Numbered from the stretch's first letter, positions 50,742-62,114 are shown. The stretch: DNA of 64,000 nt from Thermodesulfobacteriota bacterium (GCA_963675595.2 CAXXLZ010000002.1:320001-384000); one strand, 5' to 3'. Notes: generated from the sequence alone by a model not told the origin. Numbers and translations are program-made.

Positions 50742-53038
50742 CAGTTACCTCCTCCCACATGGATGTCCACAATGGTCATGGTATCGTTGCCGAAGATGTC
50801 CACCACCTTGACCGCGATCTTTCGCCGGCCGGGGGTGCATTCATGGGCCACACTTCTGAGCTCCAGCGAACGATCCCTCTTGGTGCGAAAGCTCTGCCAC
50901 TCGTTCTCGAAAATATAGTCCCCCGACCATTGCTCCACGAACTCCCCGGTCTCCGGGCGCGGCACTCGAATGATTTCCCGCTTGCTCTCGAAGTTGAAAT
51001 CCACCGCCCAATAGTCGATCCAGTCCGTCCAGTTCCGGGTGAGTTGCTCACGCCGGATCACGCCCCGCTTGTCCTTGGATAACTTGACGATGCACCCCTC
51101 TTCCACCACGATCCGGCTGCCCGCCTTGTTGGATTTGCCCAAAGCAGCTTCGGCATGGGCGATGGAATCCTGGGAATAGAAAACGGAGAAATCGGTAAGC
51201 TCCACCGCCACCGAAGGGAGTCGGCCTTTCCGGCCCTTGGCGACATGCGGTTTGACTTCAATGTAGGCCACGTCGTGAAACACCACTTGATTTCTGTCCA
51301 CCGCCCGTTTGTCGAAAACCTCCGCCGGGATGTATTTGGGGGCGATGTCGATGCCTTTGGCCCGGGCCTCGTCCAGCACATTGGGGAACAGGCCCATTTC
51401 GAACTCGAAGCCCAGGATGTCCACTTTGGTGAGGTGCTTCTTCCGACATTCCAGGATGATCTCTTCCACGAAAAGCCGGGTCACCGGCAGATTCACCGGT
51501 CCCACAGCCACCAGACGACCGGCCTTTTTTCCGTGGAAGCAAGCGAAATTAACCACCTTTTCCGCGCGATACGCCTTGAGGATGAGTTCCACGAACGCAG
51601 CCTCTTTTTCCTCCAACTGCTTCCGCTGCTCCTCCTCGCGCAGGTTCGGGTTCACGCCCACAAAGTGCTGCCGTTCGTATTTGCCCAGATTGAGAATCTC
51701 GAAAGCGCGGTAGTCCCTGCCCTCGGACTTGAGCTGCCGCTGCACGCCGATCAGACGTTTGCGCGTGGTGTGAACGGCGAATTTCCCCAAGTCCGTGCAA
51801 ATCCATTTGCGCCCCAACTTCTCCGCCACCGCCGCCATGGTGCCGGAGCCGCAGAAGAAGTCGGCGACAAGGTCGCCTTCGTTGGAGGAAGCGCCGACGA
51901 TACGTTCCAGCAAGGCTTCAGGTTTCTGTGTGGGATATCCAAGTCTTTCCGTGGAGGTGTTCCCAACTCTTCCAATATCGGTCCAGTTCGCTGTGATCCG
52001 ACGCCCTTCCCTCTCTTCGATGAAGACTTTGAATCCATCTAAGCGCGGGGTTCCATCTCGCTTCTTCAGAATACGCCCCTCGGCCCACCATTTCTCGCGA
52101 TCTTCTAATGAAGATCCCCAGCACCTGCCGGGGGACGGTTTTACACCCCGCCACTCGTCCTGACGTCCTGGATTGTTGCCACTAAATGTCAGGTCTTGGC
52201 CTGTGTACAATCTGCCATCCTCGTCCATTTTGTACCGCTTGAGTTGCTCTTCGCTATGCGCTCCCCGCTCTTCGTTGAACGTGAAATTCTCATTAAAGCT
52301 GTATGCCCAGATTGTGTCGTTGGTGCGAAGGAAACCCTTTGTTTTCATATTATGCGCGTTGGTACGTTGCCACACGATCTCGTTCACCAAATGGTTGGAA
52401 CCGAACAGCTCATCCAGTGCTAAACGAATGTGGCTGTTCACTCTCCAATCGCTATGTACATAAATCATTCCGTCTTTAGAGAGCAAATCCCGCATGAGAA
52501 TCAGACGCTCATAGATCATGGCGATAAACGAATCCGCCCCTTTGCCCCAGGTGTCCCGATAGGCGATTTCTTCCAGAATGCCCGGCTTCTTGGTGAAGGT
52601 ATCGTCGCCGATTTCGATATCCATGGAAAAATCCGCGCCTACGTCAAAGGGCGGGTCGATGTAGATCAATTTCAGCCCGCCCTGTGCCTCGATCTCCTCC
52701 CGCATGGGTCCGTTCTTCAGTGACGACAATATGAGCTTGTTGTCGCCCCAGATCAGCTTGTTCGTCCATCCCTTGAGCTGCCGCCCCCGCTCGTCCATAT
52801 CGAACAGGTTCATCTGCACGGACGTTTCGGAAGGCTTTTCCGCGCGGGGCTCGTCCACCTGTTCGATGGTCTGAAAGGGCAGCACTACGTTGCAGACCTC
52901 GTTCGTTTTTCCGTTCCAGACCAGTTCCACCTCGCGCTTGTCCTCGAAAAGAAGAAAGCGGTATTTCTCTGGCAGCTCCCTGTCCGCTTCCAGATACCGT
53001 ATGATCTCCTGTTTTTCCTGGTCCGATAATTTCAGCAT
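50741..53038 (-). CDS. mod: Type III R-M adenine DNA methyltransferase
   Basis: IYIDPPF, YPTQKPE.LL, DFFCGSGT; stop overlaps the res start. Confidence 0.9.
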   Translation of the reverse strand: MLKLSDQEKQEIIRYLEADRELPEKYRFLLFEDKREVELVWNGKTNEVCNVVLPFQTIEQVDEPRAEKPSETSVQMNLFDMDERGRQLKGWTNKLIWGDNKLILSSLKNGPMREEIEAQGGLKLIYIDPPFDVGADFSMDIEIGDDTFTKKPGILEEIAYRDTWGKGADSFIAMIYERLILMRDLLSKDGMIYVHSDWRVNSHIRLALDELFGSNHLVNEIVWQRTNAHNMKTKGFLRTNDTIWAYSFNENFTFNEERGAHSEEQLKRYKMDEDGRLYTGQDLTFSGNNPGRQDEWRGVKPSPGRCWGSSLEDREKWWAEGRILKKRDGTPRLDGFKVFIEEREGRRITANWTDIGRVGNTSTERLGYPTQKPEALLERIVGASSNEGDLVADFFCGSGTMAAVAEKLGRKWICTDLGKFAVHTTRKRLIGVQRQLKSEGRDYRAFEILNLGKYERQHFVGVNPNLREEEQRKQLEEKEAAFVELILKAYRAEKVVNFACFHGKKAGRLVAVGPVNLPVTRLFVEEIILECRKKHLTKVDILGFEFEMGLFPNVLDEARAKGIDIAPKYIPAEVFDKRAVDRNQVVFHDVAYIEVKPHVAKGRKGRLPSVAVELTDFSVFYSQDSIAHAEAALGKSNKAGSRIVVEEGCIVKLSKDKRGVIRREQLTRNWTDWIDYWAVDFNFESKREIIRVPRPETGEFVEQWSGDYIFENEWQSFRTKRDRSLELRSVAHECTPGRRKIAVKVVDIFGNDTMTIVDIHVGGGN

Positions 53039-53628
53039 CGTCCTTCCTTCGGTTCCCTCGACGAGTCGGCTCGTTTGGGAATCCAGCCATGGGATTCGGT
53101 CTGAGCAAAGGCCGTCGGGAACAGCCCGCTCCGCCTGACCCGGTCATAAGCCTCACGTTCCCCGCCCCGCGTTCCTTGTCCGGCCCTCATCGACACACGA
53201 TTCTCGAGAGGGACCCCCAAGATTGGAGCCGCTCCGTCGCGCCTTACCAAGCTGCTGAAAATCGCGACTTGCGGCAACCCGACTTTCTTGACGGGCTTTC
53301 AAGGACTATTCATTCAAAAAAGAGGCACTGATTCTGAAGATAATCAACTTATCACACGGGCATGTTGGATACAACAGAGCAGGAAGGCTGAAAACTCTTA
53401 AGAATCATCTCAGCTTTAACCTCATCTCCGCGGGAACCCAATCATGCTCTTCGGTGACGGATCAATTTCGGAGTGAAAGATGAAGCTCGGTGAGGAAGTT
53501 CTCGAGCGAGCGGCTGCCACGCTTCGGACGACGGGATGAAGCCGAGCACTTCAGTGGCTTATTGGAGGATGGCCGGCGAATCCCGATGTTGTGGACTGGA
53601 CAAACAGCACAACGTGTCTACAACCTTT

Positions 53629-54384
53629 TCAAGATCGCAACGTTCCCCGCACGATCCACAGGAGCCTTTCCCGGGCGGCCACCCGGGCCGCGGGATACTT
53701 GCGGGCCGCTTGGTCCGGCCGATTCAGCACCTCCTGGAGGACCACGCTCTTGCCTTCCTCGGACACCAGGAACACCACGGTGCGGGCCGCGCGAATCAGA
53801 GGAAGCGTAAAGGTGATCCTGGGGATTTCGGGCGGCAGGCCGGGATTCGGCTCCGCCGTCACCCGGAGGCGGGATTCTTCCAACGTCGGAGAACCGGGAA
53901 AGAGCGAGGCCGTGTGCCCGTCGGGTCCCATGCCCAACAGAATCAGGTCGAAGGCGGGGAAGTCGTCCGCGCCGAGTTTCCCCGCCCCATGGGCGGCGAA
54001 CACACTCCGCAACTCCTCCGCGTAGGCCCGCGCCGCGTTTTCGGCGTCCGCTTCCTCCACGGGGACGGGATGCACGTTTTGGGGTGGGATAGGTACTTTG
54101 GACAGAAACGCCTCCCAAGCCATGCGGAAATTGCTTTCCGGATGGTCCTTGGCGACCATCCGTTCATCCCCCCAGAACACGTGAACGCGATCCCAGGGAA
54201 CGTCTTTCGAGTAGGGAGGCGCTGCAAGGAGCTCATACACCGGTTGAGGCGTCTTTCCCCCGGAAAGGGCCAAAAAGCAAACGCCTCTCCGTGCCGCCGC
54301 TTCCCGGATCATGCTCTCCAGGGCTTCCACAGCCGCATCTTTCCATTGCTCCGGATCGGACCGGATGAGCGTTTCGGTTTTCAT
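53629..54384 (-). CDS. pgl: 6-phosphogluconolactonase
   Basis: LSGGKTP, FWGDER, SN, GMGPDGHTASLFP, RITFT. Confidence 0.95.
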   Translation of the reverse strand: MKTETLIRSDPEQWKDAAVEALESMIREAAARRGVCFLALSGGKTPQPVYELLAAPPYSKDVPWDRVHVFWGDERMVAKDHPESNFRMAWEAFLSKVPIPPQNVHPVPVEEADAENAARAYAEELRSVFAAHGAGKLGADDFPAFDLILLGMGPDGHTASLFPGSPTLEESRLRVTAEPNPGLPPEIPRITFTLPLIRAARTVVFLVSEEGKSVVLQEVLNRPDQAARKYPAARVAARERLLWIVRGTLRS

Positions 54385-54439
54385 TTTCCCCTATCCATCC
54401 AGCATGATTTCCCACGAGAGAAAACGGGATGCATATTGC

Positions 54440-56017
54440 TCATCCCAGAAGCATCATCCGTTTATCTTCAACTTCGGGCCCCCAACCGCCCGCGGTATAG
54501 AAGCGAAGCCTGGTCGTCTGCTCCCGTTCCGAACACAGTTCACAGGCTTCCAGGATGGGGGTCAGGAATTTCCAGCTGAGTTCCACCGCATCCTGTCTCC
54601 AGAACAGCATCTGATCTCCCAGCATGCAGTCGAGCAACGCCTTTTCATAGGCGTCGAATTTGGGTCCGGAATGGACTCTGTTGTAGCTGAAATCCATGAC
54701 CACGGGGCGCAGGCAGAGTCCGGAGCCCGGCATCTTGGCCTGAAAGGACAAGAAAATGCCCTCCTTGGGATAAATGCCCAGGGTGAGGGTGTTGGGAGTG
54801 ATGCCGTCTCCGATACGGTTCTGAAACATGGAATGAGGAACCTTGCGAAAATGGACCACAATGCTCGTCAGTTTCTGAGCCAACCGTTTTCCGGAACAAA
54901 CATAAAAAGGAACGCCCTGCCAGCGCCAATTATCGATGAAGACGCGCATCATGGCATAGGTGGGAGTCAAGGATCCGGCGTCCACCCCTTGCTCCTCCCG
55001 ATATCCGGGAATCCGCGTCGCTCCGCCGGAGCCCGAGGCATATTGGCCGAGAATGATGTTCTCGTCCAGATGATCCGTTGGGAAGGGTTTCAGCGACCGA
55101 AAGAGTTTGACCTTTTCGTCCCTCACGAACTCGGCCTCGAAACGGGAAGGAGGCTCCATGGCCACCATGGAGAGGAGTTGCATCATGTGATTCTGAAACA
55201 TGTCCCGGACCACGCCGGCCTGTTCATAGTAACCCGCCCGGAGTTCCACGCCCAAGGTTTCGGCGGCCACGATACTTACGTAATCGATATAGTTGCGGTT
55301 CCAGAGAGGCTCGAAGATCGCGTTGGCGAAACGGAACGTCAGGATATTCTGGACCGTGTCCTTGGCCAGGTAGTGATCGATGCGATAGATCTGCGTTTCT
55401 TGAAAATGCTGGGTCAGGCCCTTATTCAAATCCACGGAGGTGGGAAAGTCGTGGCCGAAGGGTTTTTCGATCACCAAGCGGACCCATTCCCGTGTTGCGT
55501 CGCCGGGCTGCGCCATGCCCGACTTTCCGATCATTCCGGCCACGGGTCCGTATAAGACCGGGGGAACGGCCAAATAGAAGACTCGGTTTCCACCGGCGCC
55601 GGTTTCTCTTTCGAGAGCTTCGATATCGCGTTTCAGCGCCTGAAAGGAGTCCAACTCGTCGTATCGGATCGTTCGGTAATGCAGCCTGCCTCCGAAGCCC
55701 GTCCAATCCTCGGAGCCGTCCATGCCCCCCTCTTCCACGGCGCGGCGCATGGTCTCCCGAAAGGATTCGTCATCGAGCGAACTGCGACCGCAGCCCACGA
55801 TCAAGAAACGCCGAGGCAGGGAGTTCGTCCGATACAAGTTGAACAAGGCGGGAATCAGCTTTCTGCGGGCGAGGTCCCCCGATGCACCCATGATGACGAT
55901 GGTGCAGGAATCCAGCTCAAGCCTCAGATTGCAAAGTACATCGTCGGGCTCGGAGCCTCCGTCCTTTCCTCCATTGGGATCGAAGGAGACCCTTCCAATA
56001 TCCACATGCGCCGCCAT
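54440..56017 (-). CDS. zwf: Glucose-6-phosphate dehydrogenase
   Basis: GASGDLA.RKL.P, EKPFG, RIDHYL.K, RDM.QNH, WRW.GVPF. Confidence 0.96.
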   Translation of the reverse strand: MAAHVDIGRVSFDPNGGKDGGSEPDDVLCNLRLELDSCTIVIMGASGDLARRKLIPALFNLYRTNSLPRRFLIVGCGRSSLDDESFRETMRRAVEEGGMDGSEDWTGFGGRLHYRTIRYDELDSFQALKRDIEALERETGAGGNRVFYLAVPPVLYGPVAGMIGKSGMAQPGDATREWVRLVIEKPFGHDFPTSVDLNKGLTQHFQETQIYRIDHYLAKDTVQNILTFRFANAIFEPLWNRNYIDYVSIVAAETLGVELRAGYYEQAGVVRDMFQNHMMQLLSMVAMEPPSRFEAEFVRDEKVKLFRSLKPFPTDHLDENIILGQYASGSGGATRIPGYREEQGVDAGSLTPTYAMMRVFIDNWRWQGVPFYVCSGKRLAQKLTSIVVHFRKVPHSMFQNRIGDGITPNTLTLGIYPKEGIFLSFQAKMPGSGLCLRPVVMDFSYNRVHSGPKFDAYEKALLDCMLGDQMLFWRQDAVELSWKFLTPILEACELCSEREQTTRLRFYTAGGWGPEVEDKRMMLLG

Positions 56018-56197
56018 TTATTTTTCCTCTAACAGTCCGAACTTTCAGGTTTTTTCGGTACGTCGTAAACGTAGGCGGGAACGGCGGGCATATCAATTTG
56101 AACGAGCCGTACATGCGATGCACCGCGGTGACGAGGAGTGGGCCGCAACTCCGAGATCGCGTCTTGCAGCAACCCGTCTAAGTCCTATGGCGGAATC

Positions 56198-57115
56198 TCA
56201 TTCGCGGCCGGAGCCCTTCATCACGGCATGGCCTCCGAATTCTCTGCGCAAAGCCGCCAGCATCCGGTCCGCGAAGGAATTGTCCTGTCTGGAACGAAAC
56301 CGCTCCATGAGCGCCAGGGTAATCACCGGAGCGGGGATCGCCGTCTCCACCGCCTCCGTCACCGTCCATCGCCCCTCACCCGAATCCTCCACGTATCCCC
56401 TAAGCTGGGACAGACGAGGGTCTTCGCACAGAGCACTTTCGGCGAGTTCCAGGAGCCAGGATCGGACCACGCTGCCGTGATTCCACAACCTGGCCACCGC
56501 CGCAAGGTCCAGAATTTCACCGTAGGGAGAAGCCTCGAGCAGGGCGAAACCTTCCGCGTACGCCTGCATCATCCCATACTCGATCCCATTGTGAATCATT
56601 TTGACGAAGTGCCCGGAGCCTGAGGGACCGCAGTACAGATACCCGTTCTCCGGCGCCAAGGCCTTGAAGAGAGGCTCAAGATATTTGCAGGCTTGAAAGT
56701 CGCCGCCGCACATCAGACAGTAGCCTTCTTGAAGCCCCCACACTCCGCCGCTCACACCGGCGTCCACGAGTTTCACACCCTTGGCTTGGGCGCGCTCCGC
56801 GCGGTGAATGGAGTCTTTATAGAAGCTGTTTCCTCCCTCGACGATGATGTCGCCCTCGGAGAGCAGTTCCAGGAACCGATCCAGATGCTCGTCCACGACG
56901 GCACCCGCGGGCAACATGAGCCAGACGACACGTGGAGGGTCGAGCAGGGCGGCGACGTCTTCGAGGGAATAGGCTCCCACGGCGCCCTTGAGGGACAACT
57001 CGTCCGTTTTTCTTCGAGTCCGGTTGAAAGCCACCACTTCGTGCCCCCCGGAGAGCAGTCGTCTAGCCATGTTCATGCCCATCCGACCCAGCCCGATGAT
57101 CGCTAAACGCATCAT
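56198..57115 (-). CDS. gnd: 6-phosphogluconate dehydrogenase (short form)
   Basis: GLGRMG, GVSGG, GHFVKMIHNGIEYG, DSGEGRW, FGGH. Confidence 0.95.
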   Translation of the reverse strand: MMRLAIIGLGRMGMNMARRLLSGGHEVVAFNRTRRKTDELSLKGAVGAYSLEDVAALLDPPRVVWLMLPAGAVVDEHLDRFLELLSEGDIIVEGGNSFYKDSIHRAERAQAKGVKLVDAGVSGGVWGLQEGYCLMCGGDFQACKYLEPLFKALAPENGYLYCGPSGSGHFVKMIHNGIEYGMMQAYAEGFALLEASPYGEILDLAAVARLWNHGSVVRSWLLELAESALCEDPRLSQLRGYVEDSGEGRWTVTEAVETAIPAPVITLALMERFRSRQDNSFADRMLAALRREFGGHAVMKGSGRE

Positions 57116-57936
57116 TCACCTCGCTTGTCGACCTCAATGAAGTCCAAAAAACTCAAAGTTCGGTCCCCGGTATTATCCGCGTCACCCATAACCGCAATGC
57201 CGGCGGTCACCGGTGGTTCCGAGCCGAAGGTCCTGCGATAGTCCGCCAAGGCATCGACCCGTTCATCAACCCACCGCCCCAGCTCTTTCGGCCCCTGCTT
57301 GAGCAGGATAATACGGGTGTCCTCGGCGTAAGCTCCGACAAAAACGTCTCGATCATAGCTTCTGTTCGCCCAAACGTAGCACAGGGCGCTGTCGGCGGGA
57401 TACCTTCCCAAAATGAATTTGGCGGCCCCGTACTTGCTCCGTTTCAGGAGACTCGACTTCTCGGGATCGAATTTGAACCACACGTAAACCCGGACGGCGA
57501 AATCATCGGTGGATTTCTTTCGCAAATCGGCATGCTCAGGCAGTCTTTCCACTTTCCAACGCCACCGAATCACGGGGTATTCCCGAATGGGAAACTCCCG
57601 ATTCCAGATGAGACTGGAAGCGGAATGGTCGGCCTCGATGCGCAGGACGCCGTTGCCGTCCGGTCGCTCCACGGAGTAACGAGTGTATTTATCGATACTC
57701 CGGAACTTCAAGTGCCACCAATTGTCCAGATCGTCAAAGTCCTCCCTCAAGGATTCAGGAGAACCATCAGCGGGGAACGCCGGAGTGGAACCGGCCGAGG
57801 CCGGCAGGAAAGCGAATATATGGAGTAGGAGAAGGCATGCCGGAACCATCCGCCGAAATCGCCGGATACTGCGGACAATCTGAGCCGAAATTCGAAGACG
57901 ATTTCCATTCCCGGCGAGTTCCTTACGGCACCTCAT
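57112..57936 (-). CDS. DUF3047-like exported protein
   Basis: WRWKV, DDFAVRVYV, YVWAN, DADNT; true start may be downstream. Confidence 0.75.
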   Translation of the reverse strand: MRCRKELAGNGNRLRISAQIVRSIRRFRRMVPACLLLLHIFAFLPASAGSTPAFPADGSPESLREDFDDLDNWWHLKFRSIDKYTRYSVERPDGNGVLRIEADHSASSLIWNREFPIREYPVIRWRWKVERLPEHADLRKKSTDDFAVRVYVWFKFDPEKSSLLKRSKYGAAKFILGRYPADSALCYVWANRSYDRDVFVGAYAEDTRIILLKQGPKELGRWVDERVDALADYRRTFGSEPPVTAGIAVMGDADNTGDRTLSFLDFIEVDKRGE

Positions 57937-58022
57937 ACCTTAATATGGTACGCGGTGCGGGGTCGGGATGCAACCCGTCTTCCGGACACCCGTCTTCCGA
58001 ACGTCTCGCCGCAGTCCCTATC

Positions 58023-58169
58023 AGGCTGTTGAAGAACGCGATCTGCGGCGTTGCGCTTCATCCCTCGTCACTGCGACGTACTCTATGTACGTCTCATTCC
58101 TCAGGATTTGCGCGCCTTGCGTCTCATCGTTTTTCAGCAGCCTGCCGCAACCGGCTTTTTTCAACGGGC
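58023..58169 (+). repeat. Family B repeat
   Basis: Best-conserved copy; aggctgttgaagaac...tttttcagcagcctg...tttttcaacgggc. Confidence 0.85.
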
Positions 58170-58215
58170 TGTATGCATCGGGCGCAACGTAGGAATCGTG
58201 TCCGCAGGAGCCGTG

Positions 58216-59088
58216 CTAGAGCTGAAGCGCTCCCGGACCTTCTGCAAGAAAACGTTTCCCGTCCTCCATCCCGAGGTTAAAGGCGTCCTCGAGACCTTGG
58301 GGATCGGTGTAGTCCCATTTGCTCACCGTGATGGATCGAGACGGCTGGATGTAGGTTCTTCCGCCATGCCCCCGCAATTTGGCGGCGGGGTAGCGTCGCG
58401 TCAGCAGGATCAAAGCGGGATCGTCTCCCGGGCGCAGGGCTTTGACGGGAACATTGTCCACCAGCCCGCCGTCCAATACCAACGCCCCCCGCCAACGCAT
58501 GGCGGGCAGGACAGGAGGGGTGCAGGAAGAGGCCAGGATCAACCGTACCAGATCGTCCGGCCTCGCGCATTCCGATAGGGAGACCGTCAGCGGTCGGAAA
58601 CCCGCAAGCCCGGGGAGACGAGGGTGGAGAGGTTCGGTGAGATGTTTTTCGATCGTGTAGCAGCCGAAACCGAGAAGCGTCCCGAACAAGGGACCGGACC
58701 AACGCGGAGGAAGCGCCAAGAGGACCCTGAACTCCGGGCCTTGTTGCAGAGCCCGGAAAGTCTCTTCCGTTAACAGATTGCGAAGCCCACGACGGTAGAC
58801 CTCGTAATGAGGAAAAACCCGTCTTCCGCTGCGCAGATTCGAGAAATCGAAATTCCGGGAAATGCCGACCGTAAGGTTCTGTATGAATTCGAGGGCGTCC
58901 CGGTTCTTCCCGGCCAAGATGCCGCAGGCCACCGCTGCGCCTGCGCTCACACCCACGACGACTTCAGGCGGATCGATACTCTCTTTCTCCAAAGCGTACC
59001 AGAAACCCGCCTGCCACAGACATCGGTTCCCTCCTCCGGCGAAAACCAAGGAGTGCAAACCGGACATGAATTCCCTGATGGATGCCAT
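58216..59088 (-). CDS. Patatin-like phospholipase
   Basis: AGGGNR, GVSAG (GxSxG), DGG. Confidence 0.85.
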   Translation of the reverse strand: MASIREFMSGLHSLVFAGGGNRCLWQAGFWYALEKESIDPPEVVVGVSAGAAVACGILAGKNRDALEFIQNLTVGISRNFDFSNLRSGRRVFPHYEVYRRGLRNLLTEETFRALQQGPEFRVLLALPPRWSGPLFGTLLGFGCYTIEKHLTEPLHPRLPGLAGFRPLTVSLSECARPDDLVRLILASSCTPPVLPAMRWRGALVLDGGLVDNVPVKALRPGDDPALILLTRRYPAAKLRGHGGRTYIQPSRSITVSKWDYTDPQGLEDAFNLGMEDGKRFLAEGPGALQL

Positions 59089-59098
59089 TTTTAAATTC

Positions 59099-61753
59099 TC
59101 AGGTACTCCGTTCCTCCTGAGGGTTTCCCCACACCCCGGTGCTGCGGCCGCTCTTTCTCGAGAATTCCCGAAGACGCTTTCCCGCTTCCTTGAGGAACTC
59201 ATGTTCTCCTTGGATGATGAGGCGCTCTTCTCCGGAGGACTGGTCCACCGTGATTAGATTCCATGCCTGCAACTGCTTCAACGCATTCTTGAAACACACC
59301 ATGGACAGCGCGCTCGCGTGTTCGACCTGCGCGCGCTTGAGCCATCGCGTTCCCTTGGACTTGATCTTCCTCAGCAGTTCCCGCTCGGAGTGAGGTTTGT
59401 CGTCCAGTCCGCCGAGCACGAGAAAAACGATCCAGTAGGACTCCACAAAGCCTGCAACCAATTCGGTCCATGACTGCAGCACCCCGACTCCGGATGAAGT
59501 GACCTGCAGTTCCCCTCTCTCTCCCTCTTCGCTCTCGCGAACGAATCCCTTCGAAATGAAGTATTTGGAAATCCGGTCCAACTCCTCTTGAGAGAATCGC
59601 TCCGGAGAAATGATGAACTCCTGCTCCATGACGCTTGCCAGGAACTCCACGTCATCCCTCAGCTCGTCCGAGGAACGGGACAGGTTGGGTGCGGAGAGCA
59701 GGGAAAAGGCCGCGAAGGCGGCGGGAACGAAGTGGTGGACAATGTTGTTCTTATAGTATTCGATACCCAATCTACGGTCGTCTTCGATGTTATAGAAGGG
59801 CGGATCGTCGAAGTCGTCGTCTTCCAATTGTTCCAGGACACCTCGCTCTCTAAGAATCTCCAAAGCCGCTTCCAATGAACCGTCGAGATCATCCAAAGTC
59901 TCTAGAACGGGCGCCTGGAACTCCGTGAGGAAGTCCAGGAGTATGCGGGCCGTGGCCATTACATCGTCTTTCGAGAAGCCCTTTCCCGGCATGGTCAACA
60001 GAACCGAGGCAGCCAGGGAAACCGGCGTCACCAGGGTCACCTCGTTGATCGCATGCATCACCTTGAGGGAAAAATCCTTGAACGCCTCCCTCTTCCGCTC
60101 TTCGCCTTCCAGGGATTCGGGTTCTCGACTCGCGAAATACTCGCCCACGGACATGGGCTGCGCAAATCGAATGTAAACCCTTCCGTAACGACGACGGAGG
60201 AACTTGCGGGCACGCAACATCTGCCAGAGCCCTTCTTTCTTTTTTTCCTTGCCGCCGAGCTCCTTTAAATAATACTGCTCCTCCATGATGTGGTCATAAC
60301 CGATGTGAACCGGCACAAAAACCAGTTCGTCACATTTCCCCGCAAGATAGGTGTTCAAAGTAATGGACAGGAACCCCAGTTTGGGCAAGATCATTTTCCC
60401 GCTTCGGCTCCGTCCTCCTTCAATGAAGAACTCGATGGGATAGCCCTGTCCCAGAAGAGTTTGGACATAATGATTGAACACTTTGGCATACAGGGGTATG
60501 CCCTTGAAGGTCCTTCGAAGGAAGAACGCCCCGGAATTTCTGAACACATGCCCGATGGGCCAGAAGGACAGGTTCTTGCCCGCCGCAACCCTTGGAGTAT
60601 GCAGACTGTGTTTGAAGAGCACATAATTGAGGACCAGATAGTCGACGTGGCTCCGGTGGCAAGGCACGTAGACCAGGGTTCCGTTGCGCGCGGCCTCCCG
60701 TATCCTGACCATACCTTCGGCGTCCACTTCCACATCGTCGAAGATCTTCTTGAAAATGAAAGTTAATACATAGACCCAGATATGGATATAGGTCGCATTG
60801 TAGTTGGCCGCAATCTCATCGAAGTACGCCTTGGCCTTTTTTCGAACCGATTTGACCGAACGGTCCTGCTGAAGGGCGAATTCCTCGATCTCTCCTTTCA
60901 TCTCCGGGTTGTCCAGAACCAGTTCCCGTATTTGCTGCCGGGTCTTCACCAGGGGTCCGAGAACCACCCGTCTTTGGCGATCGATATGGTTCAGCAACTC
61001 GTCGCTCAATTGCCTGCTCAGGCCGCGCATGGTCTCATGATCGGCATCTTCCGGAAGCCGATCCTTAAGGTTGATGAAAGGCCCCACATCGATGAAGGCC
61101 CGCCGATAATAGCGAAGAAAAAGTATAATTTTTCGGATTAGTCCCGGGTTGTCCTTGGACCCGAAGAACAAGTCCGATAAGGAAGGCTCCTGCTTTTCGG
61201 GCTGCAATTCGTAGACAAAGGTCAACGGAACCAGAAAGACGGGCCTGTCCATTTCCTTCTGTACTTCCAGCAGCATGAGCAAAGGGGGATCTGCGAATCG
61301 GAGGTATCTCTCATAAAAGGCCTTCTCATCCACCAGAAACAGCAGGGCCGTGGTCCCTTTCGTGACCTCTTCCCTGAAAAATTTCGCCGCTTCCCATTCG
61401 TCTTTCTTTCCACGCTTGAAAAAGTCGCTCACCGCATGCCTCAAGAATCCCCACAGGGTCTTCAAGGGCCACCAAAGAATCATGTTCACCCCCAGAGAAA
61501 CCCTGGGGAATGGAATTCGGTCTTGGCGAAAGCGGAAATGGTACAGCAGGAAATCCAGTTCCCCGCGGTGCTTGATGATGTAGACAACGGTCCCTTCCCT
61601 CCCCGCCTTCCGTAGCCTCTCCTTGACTTCGGGTCGGTATCTCACCCGCTTAAACAGGCTGTACAGCAGCCGCCCCAAGAAGAAACCTGGTTTAAAATCA
61701 AGCACATACGGATAATACTGGGGCGCGTATTTCTCACGAACATTCTTTTTCAT
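59099..61753 (-). CDS. plsB: Glycerol-3-phosphate acyltransferase PlsB-like
   Basis: HRSHVD (HxxxxD), GAFFLRR, FIEGGRSRSG; start MKKNV at 61753. Confidence 0.88.
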   Translation of the reverse strand: MKKNVREKYAPQYYPYVLDFKPGFFLGRLLYSLFKRVRYRPEVKERLRKAGREGTVVYIIKHRGELDFLLYHFRFRQDRIPFPRVSLGVNMILWWPLKTLWGFLRHAVSDFFKRGKKDEWEAAKFFREEVTKGTTALLFLVDEKAFYERYLRFADPPLLMLLEVQKEMDRPVFLVPLTFVYELQPEKQEPSLSDLFFGSKDNPGLIRKIILFLRYYRRAFIDVGPFINLKDRLPEDADHETMRGLSRQLSDELLNHIDRQRRVVLGPLVKTRQQIRELVLDNPEMKGEIEEFALQQDRSVKSVRKKAKAYFDEIAANYNATYIHIWVYVLTFIFKKIFDDVEVDAEGMVRIREAARNGTLVYVPCHRSHVDYLVLNYVLFKHSLHTPRVAAGKNLSFWPIGHVFRNSGAFFLRRTFKGIPLYAKVFNHYVQTLLGQGYPIEFFIEGGRSRSGKMILPKLGFLSITLNTYLAGKCDELVFVPVHIGYDHIMEEQYYLKELGGKEKKKEGLWQMLRARKFLRRRYGRVYIRFAQPMSVGEYFASREPESLEGEERKREAFKDFSLKVMHAINEVTLVTPVSLAASVLLTMPGKGFSKDDVMATARILLDFLTEFQAPVLETLDDLDGSLEAALEILRERGVLEQLEDDDFDDPPFYNIEDDRRLGIEYYKNNIVHHFVPAAFAAFSLLSAPNLSRSSDELRDDVEFLASVMEQEFIISPERFSQEELDRISKYFISKGFVRESEEGERGELQVTSSGVGVLQSWTELVAGFVESYWIVFLVLGGLDDKPHSERELLRKIKSKGTRWLKRAQVEHASALSMVCFKNALKQLQAWNLITVDQSSGEERLIIQGEHEFLKEAGKRLREFSRKSGRSTGVWGNPQEERST

Positions 61754-62114
61754 GGCGAGCCGCTTTTTGATGGTGGGGATTTCAGGATTTAATGCGGATA
61801 ACGCAAAACGCCGAATATGGCAAGACCAACATTGCCGATGTCGCACCGGGTCGATTAATCGGATCACGGCCGGAAGGCCCGATGGAAGCGGACCTTCCGG
61901 CATTTGGGCGCGATTGGTGAGACTTGGGTGGCTCTTACTCCTCTGGTCCGACTTTCTTGTTCAAAACTTCGACCAAAGAGCTTGCAGCTTTGTCTTCGTT
62001 CCACTAAAGATAAAATGAAGTGGCGTAATGCATTTCTTACTTTGCACCTTCGTTCCCGTGTCCTACCGGGCAGGGCAGTCGACGCGGGGGCGACACGTAT
62101 CCCGGAGGTGGGCG

